Positions 1 through 14,044 of a DNA stretch of 64,000 bases are shown piece after piece. The stretch covers positions 3,136,001 through 3,200,000 of the forward strand of contig OZ241907.1 of NCBI GenBank assembly GCA_965203515.1, read 5' to 3'. The position numbers and the translations under genes are program-made. Below the pieces are notes generated by a model, which saw only the letters and a program-made list of their open reading frames with translations, was not told where the DNA came from and searched no databases. Within the stretch, counting starts at the first letter, position 1, and each line of letters begins with the position of its first letter. Origin of the DNA: Spirochaetia bacterium (GTDB taxonomy: Bacteria; Spirochaetota; Spirochaetia; SZUA-6; Bin103).

Positions 1-1203
1 ATCGTTCACCACCGACTCCAGCACCCCCTTGGCGATCTTGCCCGAGATCGCGCCCGACTCGATCAGCTGCAGCAGCTCGCTCAGCCGCTCCACCGTCAGC
101 GGCGACTCCGCGATCGTCATGCCGGTGCGGTTCAACAGCCGGCGCACGTCGCCGGCGAGCCAGCGGGCCGCTTGCTGCGCGCCGGCGCCGGCGGCGACGG
201 CCCGTTCGAACAGGTCGGCGGTCGCACGCTCGTCGCTCAGAAACTCGGCCTGCGCGCTGCTCAACCCGTGCTCGCGCGCCAGCCGGTCGCGCAGCGCGAG
301 CGGCAGCTCCACCTGCGCGGTTTCGACCGAGGCCAGGAACGCCGCGTCCGGCCGCAACGGCGGCAGATCCGGCTCGGGAAAGTACCGGTAGTCGGAGTCC
401 GACTCCTTCACCCGCATCGGCGTCGTCACGTCGCGGTTCTCGTTCCAATGGCGGGTCTCCACCGGCACCGGCCGGCCGGCCTGCAACTCCCGCCGCTGCC
501 GGTCGAGCTCGAACTCGACGGCGCGGCCCACGAACTTGAACGAGTTGAGGTTCTTGATCTCCACCTTGCTGCCCAGGCCGGCGCCGGCGCGATTGACCGA
601 CACGTTGGCGTCGCAACGGAGCGAACCCTCCTCCATGTTGCCGTCGCACACGCCCAGGTGGCGGACCACGCGGCGGAAGTATTGCAGGAAGGCGATCGCC
701 TCGTCCCCGCTGCGCAGTTCCGGCGCGGTCACGATCTCTACCAGCGGCGTGCCCGAGCGGTTGAAGTCGAGCAGGGAGACATCGCCAGCGTGGATCATCT
801 TGCCGGCGTCCTCCTCCAGATGCACCTCACGGATCGCCACCGGCCGGGGCGGCGACAGCGGCGCACGCAACGCGCCGCCGGCGCCGATCGGCGCCCCGTA
901 CTGGGAGATCTGGTAGTTCTTGGGCAGGTCGGGATAGAAGTAGTTCTTGCGCTCGAACACCGCCTCGGCGCTGAGTTCGCACCCCATCGCCTGCGCCACC
1001 ACGTAGGCCATGCGCGCCGCCTCCCGGTTCAGCGCCGGCAGCACGCCCGGAAAGCCCAGGCAGATCGGACAGACGCGGGTGTTGGGCTCGCCGCCGAACG
1101 CGACCCGGCAGCCGCAGAACACCTTGGTGCGGGTGTCGAGCTGGATATGGACCTCCAGCCCTACGAAGACGTCGAACGCCCCTCGCTCCGCGGCCCCGCT
1201 CAT
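1..1203 (-). CDS. gatB: Asp/Glu-tRNA amidotransferase subunit B (3' end beyond window edge)
   Basis: Manual translation from ATG at 1203: MSGAAERGAFDVFVGLEVHIQLDTRTKVFCGC...PICLGFPG...RKNYFYPDLPKNYQISQY. ATGA overlap with the gatA stop. Not in the ORF track because the stop is off-window. Confidence 0.96.
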   Translation of the reverse strand, partial: MSGAAERGAFDVFVGLEVHIQLDTRTKVFCGCRVAFGGEPNTRVCPICLGFPGVLPALNREAARMAYVVAQAMGCELSAEAVFERKNYFYPDLPKNYQISQYGAPIGAGGALRAPLSPPRPVAIREVHLEEDAGKMIHAGDVSLLDFNRSGTPLVEIVTAPELRSGDEAIAFLQYFRRVVRHLGVCDGNMEEGSLRCDANVSVNRAGAGLGSKVEIKNLNSFKFVGRAVEFELDRQRRELQAGRPVPVETRHWNENRDVTTPMRVKESDSDYRYFPEPDLPPLRPDAAFLASVETAQVELPLALRDRLAREHGLSSAQAEFLSDERATADLFERAVAAGAGAQQAARWLAGDVRRLLNRTGMTIAESPLTVERLSELLQLIESGAISGKIAKGVLESVVND

Positions 1204-2597
1204 CGCCAATCCTCCGCGTATCCTGCCGGACGAGCGGGTGGATGTTCGGCAGCGTAGCGGGCGGCGACGTCCAGCAGGAGCCGCTCCCCGAAGTTGGGTC
1301 CGATCAACTGCATGCCGATCGGCACGCGCGGCTGCGGAGTGGGGAAGCTCAACGCCGGCGCGCCGGCCAGGTTGGCCACGGTCGTGTACCGATCGGCGAC
1401 CTTCTGCTCGAACGGGTCGAGGCGAGCGCTGCCGCGCGCGAACGGCGGCACCGGGTAGACCGGCATGAGCAGCAGGTCGACCCGATCGAACAGGGCTGCC
1501 AGCTCGTCGCGCAACGCGGTGCGCACCCGCTGCGCGCGCAGGTAGTAGCGGTCGTGAAAGCCGGAGCGCAGGACGTAGGTGCCGGCCAGCACGCGCAGCT
1601 TTACCTCATCCCCGAATCCGTCGGAACGGGAGGCGACGATCGTCTCGTCGGCCGACTCGGCGGCGGCGCGCACCCCGTAGCGGACGCCGTCGAAGCGGGC
1701 CAGGTTGGCGCTGGCCTCGGCGCAGGAGATCACGTAGTAGGCGGCCGCGGCGTAGCGCAAGGCGGTGAGGTCCACGTCGACCATACGGTAGCCCAACTCG
1801 GCGAGCTGGCCGACCGCGGCGTCGAGCGCGGCCCGTACCTGCGGATCGCGCAGCTCCTGCCGGCACGCGCGCGGCACGCCGATCGTCCGGACCGCATCCC
1901 GGTCGGGCGAGCCGGCCACCGTCGACTGGTCGCGCTCGTCCGGCCCGGCGATCACTTCCAGCACCTGCCCGCACCGCGCCGGCGACTCGGCGATGATGCC
2001 GATCACCTCCAGCGAGGAGGCGTAGGAGACCAGGCCGAACCGGGAGACCACGCCGTAGGTCGGCTTCAGCCCGAACACGCCGCAGAAAGAGGCCGGCTGC
2101 CGGACCGACCCGCCCGTGTCCGACCCCAGGGCGAACGGCACGACGCCGGCCGCCACCGCGGCGGCCGAACCGCCGCTCGATCCGCCGGGAACCAGTTCCG
2201 TGTCCCAGGGGTTCGCGCAGCCGCCGTGCACCGAAGACTGCGTGTCGGAGCCCATGCCGAACTCGTCCAGATTGGTCTTGCCGGCGACGATCGCGCCGGC
2301 GTCCTGCAGCCGGCCGACGCAGGTGGCGCTGAATGGCGCCACGTGACCGCCGAGCAACGCGGACCCACAGCTCAGGGGCTGGCCGGCGACGGCGATGTTG
2401 TCCTTGACCGCGCACGGCACGCCCGCAAGCGGCCCGGCGGGCGCCGCGCCTGCGCCGCCGGCGCCTGCGCCGCTGGCCTCGTCCGCGAACGACGCGAAGG
2501 CGTTGATGCGCTCGTTCCATGCGCGCGCGTAGGCCAGCCAGCGGCCCCGTACGACCTCATCCGCGAATATCGCGCGCCAGCGCGCATCGTGAGACAT
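1200..2597 (-). CDS. gatA: Asp/Glu-tRNA amidotransferase subunit A
   Basis: Amidase signature KDN, GGSSGGSAAAV, GSDTGGSVRQPA and NLARFDGVRYG; lies between gatC and gatB. Confidence 0.96.
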   Translation of the reverse strand: MSHDARWRAIFADEVVRGRWLAYARAWNERINAFASFADEASGAGAGGAGAAPAGPLAGVPCAVKDNIAVAGQPLSCGSALLGGHVAPFSATCVGRLQDAGAIVAGKTNLDEFGMGSDTQSSVHGGCANPWDTELVPGGSSGGSAAAVAAGVVPFALGSDTGGSVRQPASFCGVFGLKPTYGVVSRFGLVSYASSLEVIGIIAESPARCGQVLEVIAGPDERDQSTVAGSPDRDAVRTIGVPRACRQELRDPQVRAALDAAVGQLAELGYRMVDVDLTALRYAAAAYYVISCAEASANLARFDGVRYGVRAAAESADETIVASRSDGFGDEVKLRVLAGTYVLRSGFHDRYYLRAQRVRTALRDELAALFDRVDLLLMPVYPVPPFARGSARLDPFEQKVADRYTTVANLAGAPALSFPTPQPRVPIGMQLIGPNFGERLLLDVAARYAAEHPPARPAGYAEDWR

Positions 2598-2620
2598 CCC
2601 GGGGCCCGCTCCGGCCGTCG

Positions 2621-2923
2621 CTACAGGACGTTGGGTACGACGATGAACCGCTCGTCGCGATCCGGCGCTGCCTGCACTGGGTCGTAGGCGGTCGGCAGCG
2701 TCGAGGCCTGATCGTCGCGCAGTCGCGTCCCGGACGACAGCGGGTGGGTCGTCGGCCGCAGATGGTCCACGTCCGCCTCCGCCAGCAGCGCGAAGTAGTC
2801 GACGATGCGCGACAACTCCGCCTCCAGCCGCGCGCGCTCGTGCGCGCCGACGCGCAGCCTTGCCATGGCGGCGGTCGCATCCAGGCTACCACCGGACTCT
2901 CGCTGACCCACCGCTCGAGTCAA
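2621..2923 (-). CDS. gatC: Asp/Glu-tRNA amidotransferase subunit C (start uncertain)
   Basis: A.MARL...I.DYF..L...LRDD...AP......VPNVL pattern, ~95 aa, directly upstream of gatA. Confidence 0.85.
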   Translation of the reverse strand: MTRAVGQRESGGSLDATAAMARLRVGAHERARLEAELSRIVDYFALLAEADVDHLRPTTHPLSSGTRLRDDQASTLPTAYDPVQAAPDRDERFIVVPNVL

Positions 2924-3038
2924 GCATCATCCCTTGCCCCTGTCAACAGTTGCGCCGACGGCCGCGGCTCGGCCGCGCTTTTGACAGCAAGGCGGTCGCT
3001 CGTGGTACCATCGCGCGGCTTCACTCCCTGGGGTTCTT

Positions 3039-4511
3039 GTGCAGGCATCGGATATCGTGGACGCACCGGCTACGGAACAGACCCCGGTCGTGACCACCGC
3101 GCGGGAGCAGCTTCCGCGTCTCATCTACGACCATCAGGCGCTGGTCGACCTGTTCGACGCCACCTGGGAACTGATGCCCGGCTACTGGCGCCGCGGCGAA
3201 CCCGGCAGCGGCTTCGACCTGACGTTCTGCGATCCGGCGCAGGACCGCGTGAGCCAGGTGGCCGCCTGCTGCGCGACCTTCTCGCTGGTCTACTCGAACC
3301 GGGAGTTCCCGGTGGAGGCGCAGCTCGACGCGTTCTACGCCAAGCAGCAGCCGTGCGGGGCGATCCATGGCGAGTACAGCCTGGTGGACGGGCATCCGTT
3401 CCTGATCAAGAAGAACCCGCACGGCGTGCAGGCGCCGCTGTTCGCGTGGGCGGAGTACAACCTGTACCATCGCCTCGGCTCCAAGCGCCGCCTGCGCGAG
3501 GTGCTGCCGATCCTGGAACGGTACTTCCAGTGGATCAAGACGCACTTCCGGCGCGACAACGGCCTGCTGGCGGTGCCGCGCCAGGCGCTCGCCATGGGCA
3601 ACAGCCCGCGCGAGGGCACCTCCTACCCGGTCGACTTCAACGCGCAACAGGCGGCCAGTGCCGCGTTCATCTCCATGATCGGCGACGCCCTCAACGACAA
3701 GGAGGTCGCCTTTCGCTATAAGCGCGAGTACTTCGCCCTGAAGACGCGCATGCAGTCGCTGATGTGGAACGAAGAGAACTCGATCTACTACGACCTGGAC
3801 CGCTACGGACAGCAGCTCAAGGTCAAGACGATCGCGGCGTTCTGGACGCTGTTGGCCGAAATTCCGAGCGAGGACAAGGCGCGCCGGCTGATCGGCCATC
3901 TGACCAACCCGGCGACCTTCGGTCGCAACCATCCGTTCCCCAGCCTGGCCGCCGACGAACCGCTTTACGATCCGCGCGGCGGCGGCTATCGAGGGTCGGT
4001 GCTGCCGTTCGTGAACTACGCGATCATCAAGGGGCTGGAGCGCTACGGAAAGATCGACCTGGCGCGGGAGTTCGCGTTGCGCCACCTGTTCGCGATGCAC
4101 GACGTGCTGGTGCCGGAGAAGGGCGTGGGCGACCTGTGGGACGCCTACGCGCCGGAGCACGAGGCGGCCGCCAAGTGGCGCGGCAAGGGCGGCTTTCCGC
4201 GCAAGTCCTACCTGCCGTTCGTCGCCCTCTCCACGGTGGCGCTGGTGATCGAGAACGTGCTGGGGCTATCGATCTCGCTGCCGCGCAAGACGGTCGACTG
4301 GACGCTGCCGGTCATGGAGGGAATGGGGATCGAGAACCTGACCCTGAAGCGCAACCTGGTCTCGATCCGGACCCACCACAGCGAGCGCGGCTGGGAGGTG
4401 CGGCTGGAGTCCGAGAAGCTCTACTACCTGGCGATCCACGTCCTGGGCCGCCGGCGCAAGACGCTGCCGATCCCTTCCGGCAAGTGCGCGATCCTGGTCG
4501 ACAAGATCTGA
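3039..4511 (+). CDS. GH63/MGH1-like (alpha/alpha)6 glycoside hydrolase-family protein
   Basis: QAPLFAWAEY, NSPR, VDFNAQQA, MWNEE...YYD, HPFPSLA..EP.Y...GGYRGSV motifs resemble trehalase/GH63-type proteins. Confidence 0.7.
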   Translation: MQASDIVDAPATEQTPVVTTAREQLPRLIYDHQALVDLFDATWELMPGYWRRGEPGSGFDLTFCDPAQDRVSQVAACCATFSLVYSNREFPVEAQLDAFYAKQQPCGAIHGEYSLVDGHPFLIKKNPHGVQAPLFAWAEYNLYHRLGSKRRLREVLPILERYFQWIKTHFRRDNGLLAVPRQALAMGNSPREGTSYPVDFNAQQAASAAFISMIGDALNDKEVAFRYKREYFALKTRMQSLMWNEENSIYYDLDRYGQQLKVKTIAAFWTLLAEIPSEDKARRLIGHLTNPATFGRNHPFPSLAADEPLYDPRGGGYRGSVLPFVNYAIIKGLERYGKIDLAREFALRHLFAMHDVLVPEKGVGDLWDAYAPEHEAAAKWRGKGGFPRKSYLPFVALSTVALVIENVLGLSISLPRKTVDWTLPVMEGMGIENLTLKRNLVSIRTHHSERGWEVRLESEKLYYLAIHVLGRRRKTLPIPSGKCAILVDKI

Positions 4512-5284
4512 GCCGGCGGGCGGCCGATCTCAGCAAGCCTCCGTCTGGCTTCGGCATCGCCGTGATCGGCGGCAAGCCGGTAGTAGTGCAGCGCCTTGTC
4601 TCGGCGACCTTGTGCGAAGTGAGCATCTCCAATCGCACACTCCTCGAACGCCATTTCCTCGTGCGTAAGAGCACAATTTAAGGCCGATGTGTAGTATCTG
4701 ATCGCTGTATCATCTTCTTGTATCTTGTAATGGCAATTGCCCAGATTGTGCAGAATATAAGAACGATTGACATCGCCATACGCAGCGTTCTCTTCAAGCG
4801 CTTTTTCATAGCATCGCAGCGCATCATCAGGCCGATCAGCCGCCAGGTATGAGTTCCCTGCGTTGTAGTGAAGACTGTCCGTAGGCTCCGATAATTCGAC
4901 GTTCTCAAGGCTCTCATATACGCTGACCGCACGCTGGTATCGTTCTTTTCGATTGAGCGACTCGATCAGATTGGCAACGAGTGGAGCCTCGATATCAGAC
5001 CGACGCAAGATGCACCCGTCGAGCATCTCCTGAAAGGTATCGATACTTTGATCGACCATGCCAAGAATCATCTGCAGGTGGGCCAGTTTGAACGTAAGCT
5101 CCCTGTCATCGAGGGCCATGATATGCTCACTGAGAAGCCGCCATGCCTTGCCGGGGCGGTTTTCCTTCCTATATGAGGCCAATAGAACCTCGGCAAGCCG
5201 GTAGCCTGACCGCGAGCGCGCCATGCCCGCTCGTTTCATGCCGATGAACAGACGTTCCTGAACCGTTATCCGCAGCCCGCCCAT
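4424..5284 (-). CDS. TPR/SEL1-like repeat protein, lower GC than flanks
   Basis: YNAGNSYL...DALRCYEKAL, HNLGNCHY...AIRYYTSAL and ALHYYRLAADHGDAEA; starts 3 nt after the recR stop. Confidence 0.75.
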   Translation of the reverse strand: MGGLRITVQERLFIGMKRAGMARSRSGYRLAEVLLASYRKENRPGKAWRLLSEHIMALDDRELTFKLAHLQMILGMVDQSIDTFQEMLDGCILRRSDIEAPLVANLIESLNRKERYQRAVSVYESLENVELSEPTDSLHYNAGNSYLAADRPDDALRCYEKALEENAAYGDVNRSYILHNLGNCHYKIQEDDTAIRYYTSALNCALTHEEMAFEECAIGDAHFAQGRRDKALHYYRLAADHGDAEARRRLAEIGRPPAQILSTRIAHLPEGIGSVLRRRPRTWIAR

Positions 5285-5287
5285 AGA

Positions 5288-5890
5288 TCAGACCGTCGTG
5301 CGGCCGTTCAGCGCGCGGGCCAGCGTGAGGCGGTCGGCGTACTCCAGGTCGCCGCCGACCGGCAGGCCCATGGCGAGCTGCGTGACGGTCAGCTCGGCGC
5401 CCGGCCGGCAGGCCGCCTGCAGGCGGTCGCGCAGGAACAGCGCCGTGGTCTCCCCTTCGACCGTCGGGTTGGTGGCCAGGATCACCTCGCCCACGCCGTG
5501 CTCGCGCACGCGGCGGATCAGGTCGTCGATGGTCAGGTCGGACGGCCTCACGCCGTCGACCGGCGAGATCGCCCCGCCCAGCACGTGATAGAGACCGCGG
5601 TACGACTGCGTCGACTCGATGGTGATGACGTCGCGCGACTCCTCGACCACGCAGATCGTGTCCGTGTCCCGCGTCGGATCGGCGCAGTAGGCGCACAGAT
5701 CGGCCTCTGCGTAGACGCCGCAGCGGCTGCAGGGGCGCGTGTCGCGCTTGAGGGCGATCAGGTCACGAGCCAGCGACTCGACGAACTCGACCTTCGCCCC
5801 CAGCAGGAAGTAGACGAGCCGGGCGGCGCTCTTGCGGCCCAGTCCGGGCAGGCGCGAGAAGCCGTTCACCAAGCGGTCGAGCGTCTGCAT
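5288..5890 (-). CDS. recR: Recombination mediator RecR
   Basis: LPGLGRKSAARL HhH, C4 zinc finger, YHVLGG.ISP.DG, ILATNPTVEGETT. Confidence 0.97.
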   Translation of the reverse strand: MQTLDRLVNGFSRLPGLGRKSAARLVYFLLGAKVEFVESLARDLIALKRDTRPCSRCGVYAEADLCAYCADPTRDTDTICVVEESRDVITIESTQSYRGLYHVLGGAISPVDGVRPSDLTIDDLIRRVREHGVGEVILATNPTVEGETTALFLRDRLQAACRPGAELTVTQLAMGLPVGGDLEYADRLTLARALNGRTTV

Positions 5891-5901
5891 CGGAGCGGGT
5901 C

Positions 5902-6216
5902 TCAGACGCCCGGAAATCCCGGCGGCAGGTTGAGCCCGCCGCCGACCTGCTGCTTGAACGCCTCCCGGACCTTTCGCATCGCGTCGCCCACGGCCGCCGC
6001 GATCAGGTCCTCCAGCACCGACCGCTCCTGCGGATCGACCACGACCGGATCGAGCGTCACCTTCACCGTCTCCATGCTGCCGGAGATCTCTATCTGCACC
6101 ATGTCGCCGCCGGCCGTGCCGGTCACCCGCACGTCCTTCATCTTGTCCTGCATCTCCGCCACGTGCTTCTGCGCACGGGTGAGCATCTTCATAAGATCAA
6201 ACGGGTTGTTCGCCAT
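5902..6216 (-). CDS. ebfC: YbaB/EbfC nucleoid-associated protein
   Basis: GTAGGDMV and LEDLIAAAV motifs; canonical dnaX-ybaB-recR order. Confidence 0.93.
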   Translation of the reverse strand: MANNPFDLMKMLTRAQKHVAEMQDKMKDVRVTGTAGGDMVQIEISGSMETVKVTLDPVVVDPQERSVLEDLIAAAVGDAMRKVREAFKQQVGGGLNLPPGFPGV

Positions 6217-6222
6217 TCTCGG

Positions 6223-7845
6223 TCAGCCTCCGTCCTGCACGATCTCGCCGCGGAAGACGCTTCGGATCATCTCTACGCCCGGCGCCGCGGCGTCCTCCCG
6301 ACCGTCCTTGCCGGCGCGGTCGGATTCCAGTTGTACGTCGACCGCCCCCGGTCCGGCGAGCCCGAACGCCGCCGCGATCTCCGCGGTCTGCTGTCGTACC
6401 GCGTCCACCGCGTATCGGTCCTGCTTGCGGAACGTCACGCGCACCCCATCCCCGCTCCGCTCGATCGACGCCGCCCGCTCCAGTGCGGAGGCGACCGGCG
6501 GCCGGCGCTGGCGCAGGACGGCGATCGCCGCCCGGGTCGGATCGCCGGCATCGCCCGGATCGCCCGCGCCATCGACCGCCGCGGGCGCTTCCGCGGCCGC
6601 ATCCCCGGCCGGCGCCGAGGCGGGCGAGCGGGGCGGGGCGGCTGCCTTGGGCGCGCCGGCGGCGGGTGCGGGAACGCCCAAGGCGGCTTGCAGCTCGCGC
6701 AGCCGTTCCAGCACCTCGGCCGGCGTGATCAGGCGGTCGAGCTCGGCCAGACGGCTGAGCGCCAACTCCACTTCACACCGCTCGTTCAGCGCTCCCTTGA
6801 GGTTGCGCTGGGCGGCCAGCAGCAGCTCGACCGCCTTTTCGGCCTGCTCGACGCTGAGCGCCTGCAGCACCTCCTGGGGAAACGCCGAAGCGGGCGCCGA
6901 CAACCAGGCGTGGCGATTCAGGCCGTGCCGGATGAACAGCACGCTGCGGAAGTATTCGACCAGCTCCGCCAGAAAGTGATCGACCGCCACCCCTCTGGCC
7001 AGGGATCGGTCGAAGGCGGTGAGCGTTGCCGGCACGTCGCGGCGGGCGACCGCCAGCGCGACGCCGTTCAGGTCGTCGAACCCGATCAGGCCGATGCTGT
7101 CGCGCAGCCCCTCCAGGGTCACGCTGGCCGCCTCCGCGCCGCGGGCGCCCTCCGCGCCGCGGGCGCCGGCGATCACCTGGTCCAGGATCATGAACGCGTC
7201 GCGCAGCGATCCCGCCGACTGGCGCGCGATCCAGTGCAGGGCGTCGTCGTCGATCGACGCGCCCAGCTCGGCCGCCGCGTCGCGCAGGCAGGCGGCGATC
7301 CGGTCGTGGCCGATCAGGCTGAACGCGAAGTGCTGGCAGCGCGAGCGTACCGTCGCCGGCACCTTGTGCGGCTCGGTGGTGGCGAACACGAAGGTGACGT
7401 ACGGCGGCGGCTCCTCGATCGTCTTCAGCAGCGCGTTGAATGCCGACGTCGACAGCATGTGCACCTCGTCGATGATGTAGACCTTGGTGCGGGCGGAACC
7501 GGGCGGGAAGACCACCTGATTGCGCAACTCGCGCACGTCGTCGACCCCGGTGTGGGAGGCGCCGTCGATCTCCACCACGTCGAGCGACTGCGCGCGGGCG
7601 ATCTCCGTGCACGGCCCGCACGTCCCGCAGGGTGAATCGGTCGGACCGCGCTCGCAGTTCAGCGCCTTGGCCAGGATGCGCGCCGCCGACGTCTTGCCGA
7701 CGCCGCGCGGGCCGGAGAACAGAAAGGTCTGCGCGATCTTGCCCGAGCGCAGCTCGCTCTGCAGCGTCTGCACCACGTACTCCTGGCCCATCAGCTCGGT
7801 GAAAACCTGCGGCCGGCGGCGGGAGGCCGTGACTTCGTAAGCCAT
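6223..7845 (-). CDS. dnaX: DNA polymerase III subunit gamma/tau
   Basis: RP..F.EL.GQE, GPRGVGKT, EIDGAS, IIDEVHML, NALLKTIEEPP, SRCQ; start placed at MAYEV. Confidence 0.97.
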   Translation of the reverse strand: MAYEVTASRRRPQVFTELMGQEYVVQTLQSELRSGKIAQTFLFSGPRGVGKTSAARILAKALNCERGPTDSPCGTCGPCTEIARAQSLDVVEIDGASHTGVDDVRELRNQVVFPPGSARTKVYIIDEVHMLSTSAFNALLKTIEEPPPYVTFVFATTEPHKVPATVRSRCQHFAFSLIGHDRIAACLRDAAAELGASIDDDALHWIARQSAGSLRDAFMILDQVIAGARGAEGARGAEAASVTLEGLRDSIGLIGFDDLNGVALAVARRDVPATLTAFDRSLARGVAVDHFLAELVEYFRSVLFIRHGLNRHAWLSAPASAFPQEVLQALSVEQAEKAVELLLAAQRNLKGALNERCEVELALSRLAELDRLITPAEVLERLRELQAALGVPAPAAGAPKAAAPPRSPASAPAGDAAAEAPAAVDGAGDPGDAGDPTRAAIAVLRQRRPPVASALERAASIERSGDGVRVTFRKQDRYAVDAVRQQTAEIAAAFGLAGPGAVDVQLESDRAGKDGREDAAAPGVEMIRSVFRGEIVQDGG

Positions 7846-7880
7846 TCCCGTACAGTCTACACCGTCACGAGATGATAAAG

Positions 7881-8005
7881 GGCCCCTCGGCGCTGCCAAG
7901 CGTGCTGCGGCTCCCGAATCGGTCGCTTACCGCTGCTACCTTCCGGTCCTGACGGGGTTGGGCGGCGACCCGTAGCACAGTGCCCGGCAGCGGACCCGAG
8001 GGGCC
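7881..8005 (-). ncRNA. ffs: Signal recognition particle (4.5S) RNA
   Basis: Minus strand carries the helix-8 motif TCAGGACCGGAAGGTAGCAGC within a long hairpin closed by a perfect 10-bp stem GGCCCCTCGG/CCGAGGGGCC; classic tRNA-Ser-ffs-dnaX position. Confidence 0.92.
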
Positions 8006-8012
8006 GCCATTT

Positions 8013-8101
8013 CGGAGAGAGTGGGATTCGAACCCACGGTGCCCCGGTAAGGGCACACACGCTTTCCAAGCGTGCACCTTCGGCCTCTCGGTCACCTCTC
8101 C
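8013..8101 (-). tRNA. tRNA-Ser(GGA)
   Basis: Acceptor GGAGAGG/TCTCTCC, anticodon arm CACGC-TTGGAAA-GCGTG, long variable arm, GGTTCGAATCC; CCA not encoded. Confidence 0.95.
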
Positions 8102-8163
8102 CGGCCATCGGTCACGTACGGCCGCGGCGGCGGGCGCCGCCAGCGGAGCGCCCGCCGCCCGAG

Positions 8164-8252
8164 CGGAGAGAGTGGGATTCGAACCCACGGAGCCACCGCA
8201 GCGGCTCAACGGATTTCGAGTCCGCCCGATTCAACCGCTCTCGCATCTCTCC
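8164..8252 (-). tRNA. tRNA-Ser(CGA)
   Basis: Anticodon arm GCGGA-CTCGAAA-TCCGT, long variable arm, GGTTCGAATCC. Confidence 0.95.
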
Positions 8253-8255
8253 GTC

Positions 8256-8329
8256 CGTGCCCAAGAGGACTCGAACCTCCGACCTCTAGATCCGCAATCT
8301 AGCGCTCTATCCGGCTGAGCTATGGGCAC
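8256..8329 (-). tRNA. tRNA-Arg(GCG)
   Basis: GTGCCCATAGCTCAG...CTAGA-TTGCGGA-TCTAG...GGTTCGAGTCC...TGGGCAC-G. Confidence 0.93.
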
Positions 8330-8340
8330 TCAGTCGTCTT

Positions 8341-8427
<87 letters not shown>

Positions 8428-8453
8428 TGAGCGGCTGCGCGCCAGCCGCAGTG

Positions 8454-8539
8454 CGGAGAGGGTGGGATTCGAACCCACGGAGCCACCAAGGCTCAACGGT
8501 TTTCAAGACCGTCTCCTTCGACCACTCGGACACCTCTCC
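8454..8539 (-). tRNA. tRNA-Ser(TGA)
   Basis: Anticodon arm ACGGT-CTTGAAA-ACCGT, long variable arm, GGTTCGAATCC. Confidence 0.95.
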
Positions 8540-8563
8540 GATCCTCCAGGAACCGAAGACAAG

Positions 8564-8593
8564 ACTATAGCGAGTTGGCGGCCGCCTTGTCAA
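8564..8593 (-). promoter_or_regulatory. sigma70-type promoter of the tRNA/ffs cluster
   Basis: TTGACA-N18-TATAGT on the minus strand, 24 nt upstream of tRNA-Ser(TGA). Confidence 0.75.
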
Positions 8594-8643
8594 ACGCGCG
8601 GCGGCCGGTGCGCCGCCGGCCGCCGCCGTGCTATGATGACGGC

Positions 8644-9105
8644 GTGGTGAACGTGGAGCGTAGCGGCGAGGAGGTGAAACCCCGGAAGCGGCGGTCCGTC
8701 AAGAAAGCCGAACAGCGGCTTGCCGGCGGCGTCGCCTGCACCTTCGCGTTCGGCGCGCTCTGGGCCGTCACCGGCGCCTGGTTCTGGCTCTTTCCGCTGG
8801 CGTTTCTGGGCCTGGGGCCGATCATCGAAGGCGCGCTCTCCCTCAAGCGGATGCGCTCCGCGCGCATGAGCGAGCTGCCCAAGGGGCCGGACCCGGAGCA
8901 CGAGGTGCTCCGCATCGCCCGCGCGCAACGCGGCCGGATCACCGCTTCCGTGGTCGCCGTCGAATCGTCGCTGTCGATCGCGGAGGCGGAGCGGGTGCTC
9001 GACGGGATGGCACGGAACGGACATGCCACCCTCGCGGTCACCGACGACGGCCGCGTGGAGTACGAGTTCCGTGAATTCCTCCCGCCCCCTGCGCCGCCGC
9101 CGTAG
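8644..9105 (+). CDS. Hypothetical membrane protein, 2 TM helices plus C-terminal winged-helix-like domain
   Basis: Hydrophobic hairpin followed by EVLRIA...GRIT...A.E..LS..EAE..LD.M...G......DDGRVEYEF; GTG start 6 nt after TATGAT. Confidence 0.7.
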   Translation: MVNVERSGEEVKPRKRRSVKKAEQRLAGGVACTFAFGALWAVTGAWFWLFPLAFLGLGPIIEGALSLKRMRSARMSELPKGPDPEHEVLRIARAQRGRITASVVAVESSLSIAEAERVLDGMARNGHATLAVTDDGRVEYEFREFLPPPAPPP

Positions 9106-9241
9106 CGGCGCGCACGCCGCCCCGGGGCGGGCCGGCGGGGAAACGTCCAAGTCCATGTTCGGTTTCGGTTTACTTTTCTTTGGCATCATCTTAAGCTATA
9201 GTCGCCTACCGGCCGAAACAGAGACCAGACGGCTCTCGTAG

Positions 9242-11167
<1,926 letters not shown>

Positions 11168-11262
11168 CGCGCGCTTCTGCGCCCGCTCTTTGAGGGCGGG
11201 CGACGGTGCGGCCCCGTCAGGCGGCGCCGCACCGGCATAGACCATCGATCGGGGGAGGGCAC

Positions 11263-13749
<2,487 letters not shown>

Positions 13750-13762
13750 CCGGCTGCGGCGA

Positions 13763-13778
13763 TGTTCCACGTGAAACA
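13763..13778. promoter_or_regulatory. parS: parS centromere site 1
   Basis: TGTTCCACGTGAAACA, 15/16 match to the consensus palindrome TGTTTCACGTGAAACA, near parAB and oriC. Confidence 0.9.
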
Positions 13779-14044
13779 TCGCCGCTCCGCGCTACTGGTA
13801 CACGTCGTTACCGCCGGTGGACAACACGGCGGTGCCGGCCGCCGTGGTCCGATGTGGGGGTGCCGAGCCGGGCCACGCAGGCGTGGGCGACCGGCTCGGT
13901 CATCCTCGGGATGCTCGCGCTGGTCGTCAGGAGACGATGCGCCGCTCTGCGGCTCACGCCAGACGAGCTTCGGCGCCGCCGCCGCGACCGAGACAGCGAG
14001 TCAGACGACCGTCAGGGCGGCCGCGAGTAACAGCGGCTGCCGGA

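Noticed and set aside
9181..9197. TGGCATCATCTTAAGC as a sigma54 promoter for gyrB
   Set aside because: GG-GC spacing is off from the strict requirement, and an adjacent TATAGT fits a sigma70 -10 better
13780..14030. Small membrane-protein ORF ending ...GSVILGMLALVVRRR...GGRE*
   Set aside because: No convincing start or SD and too short to support; could be a fragment or chance
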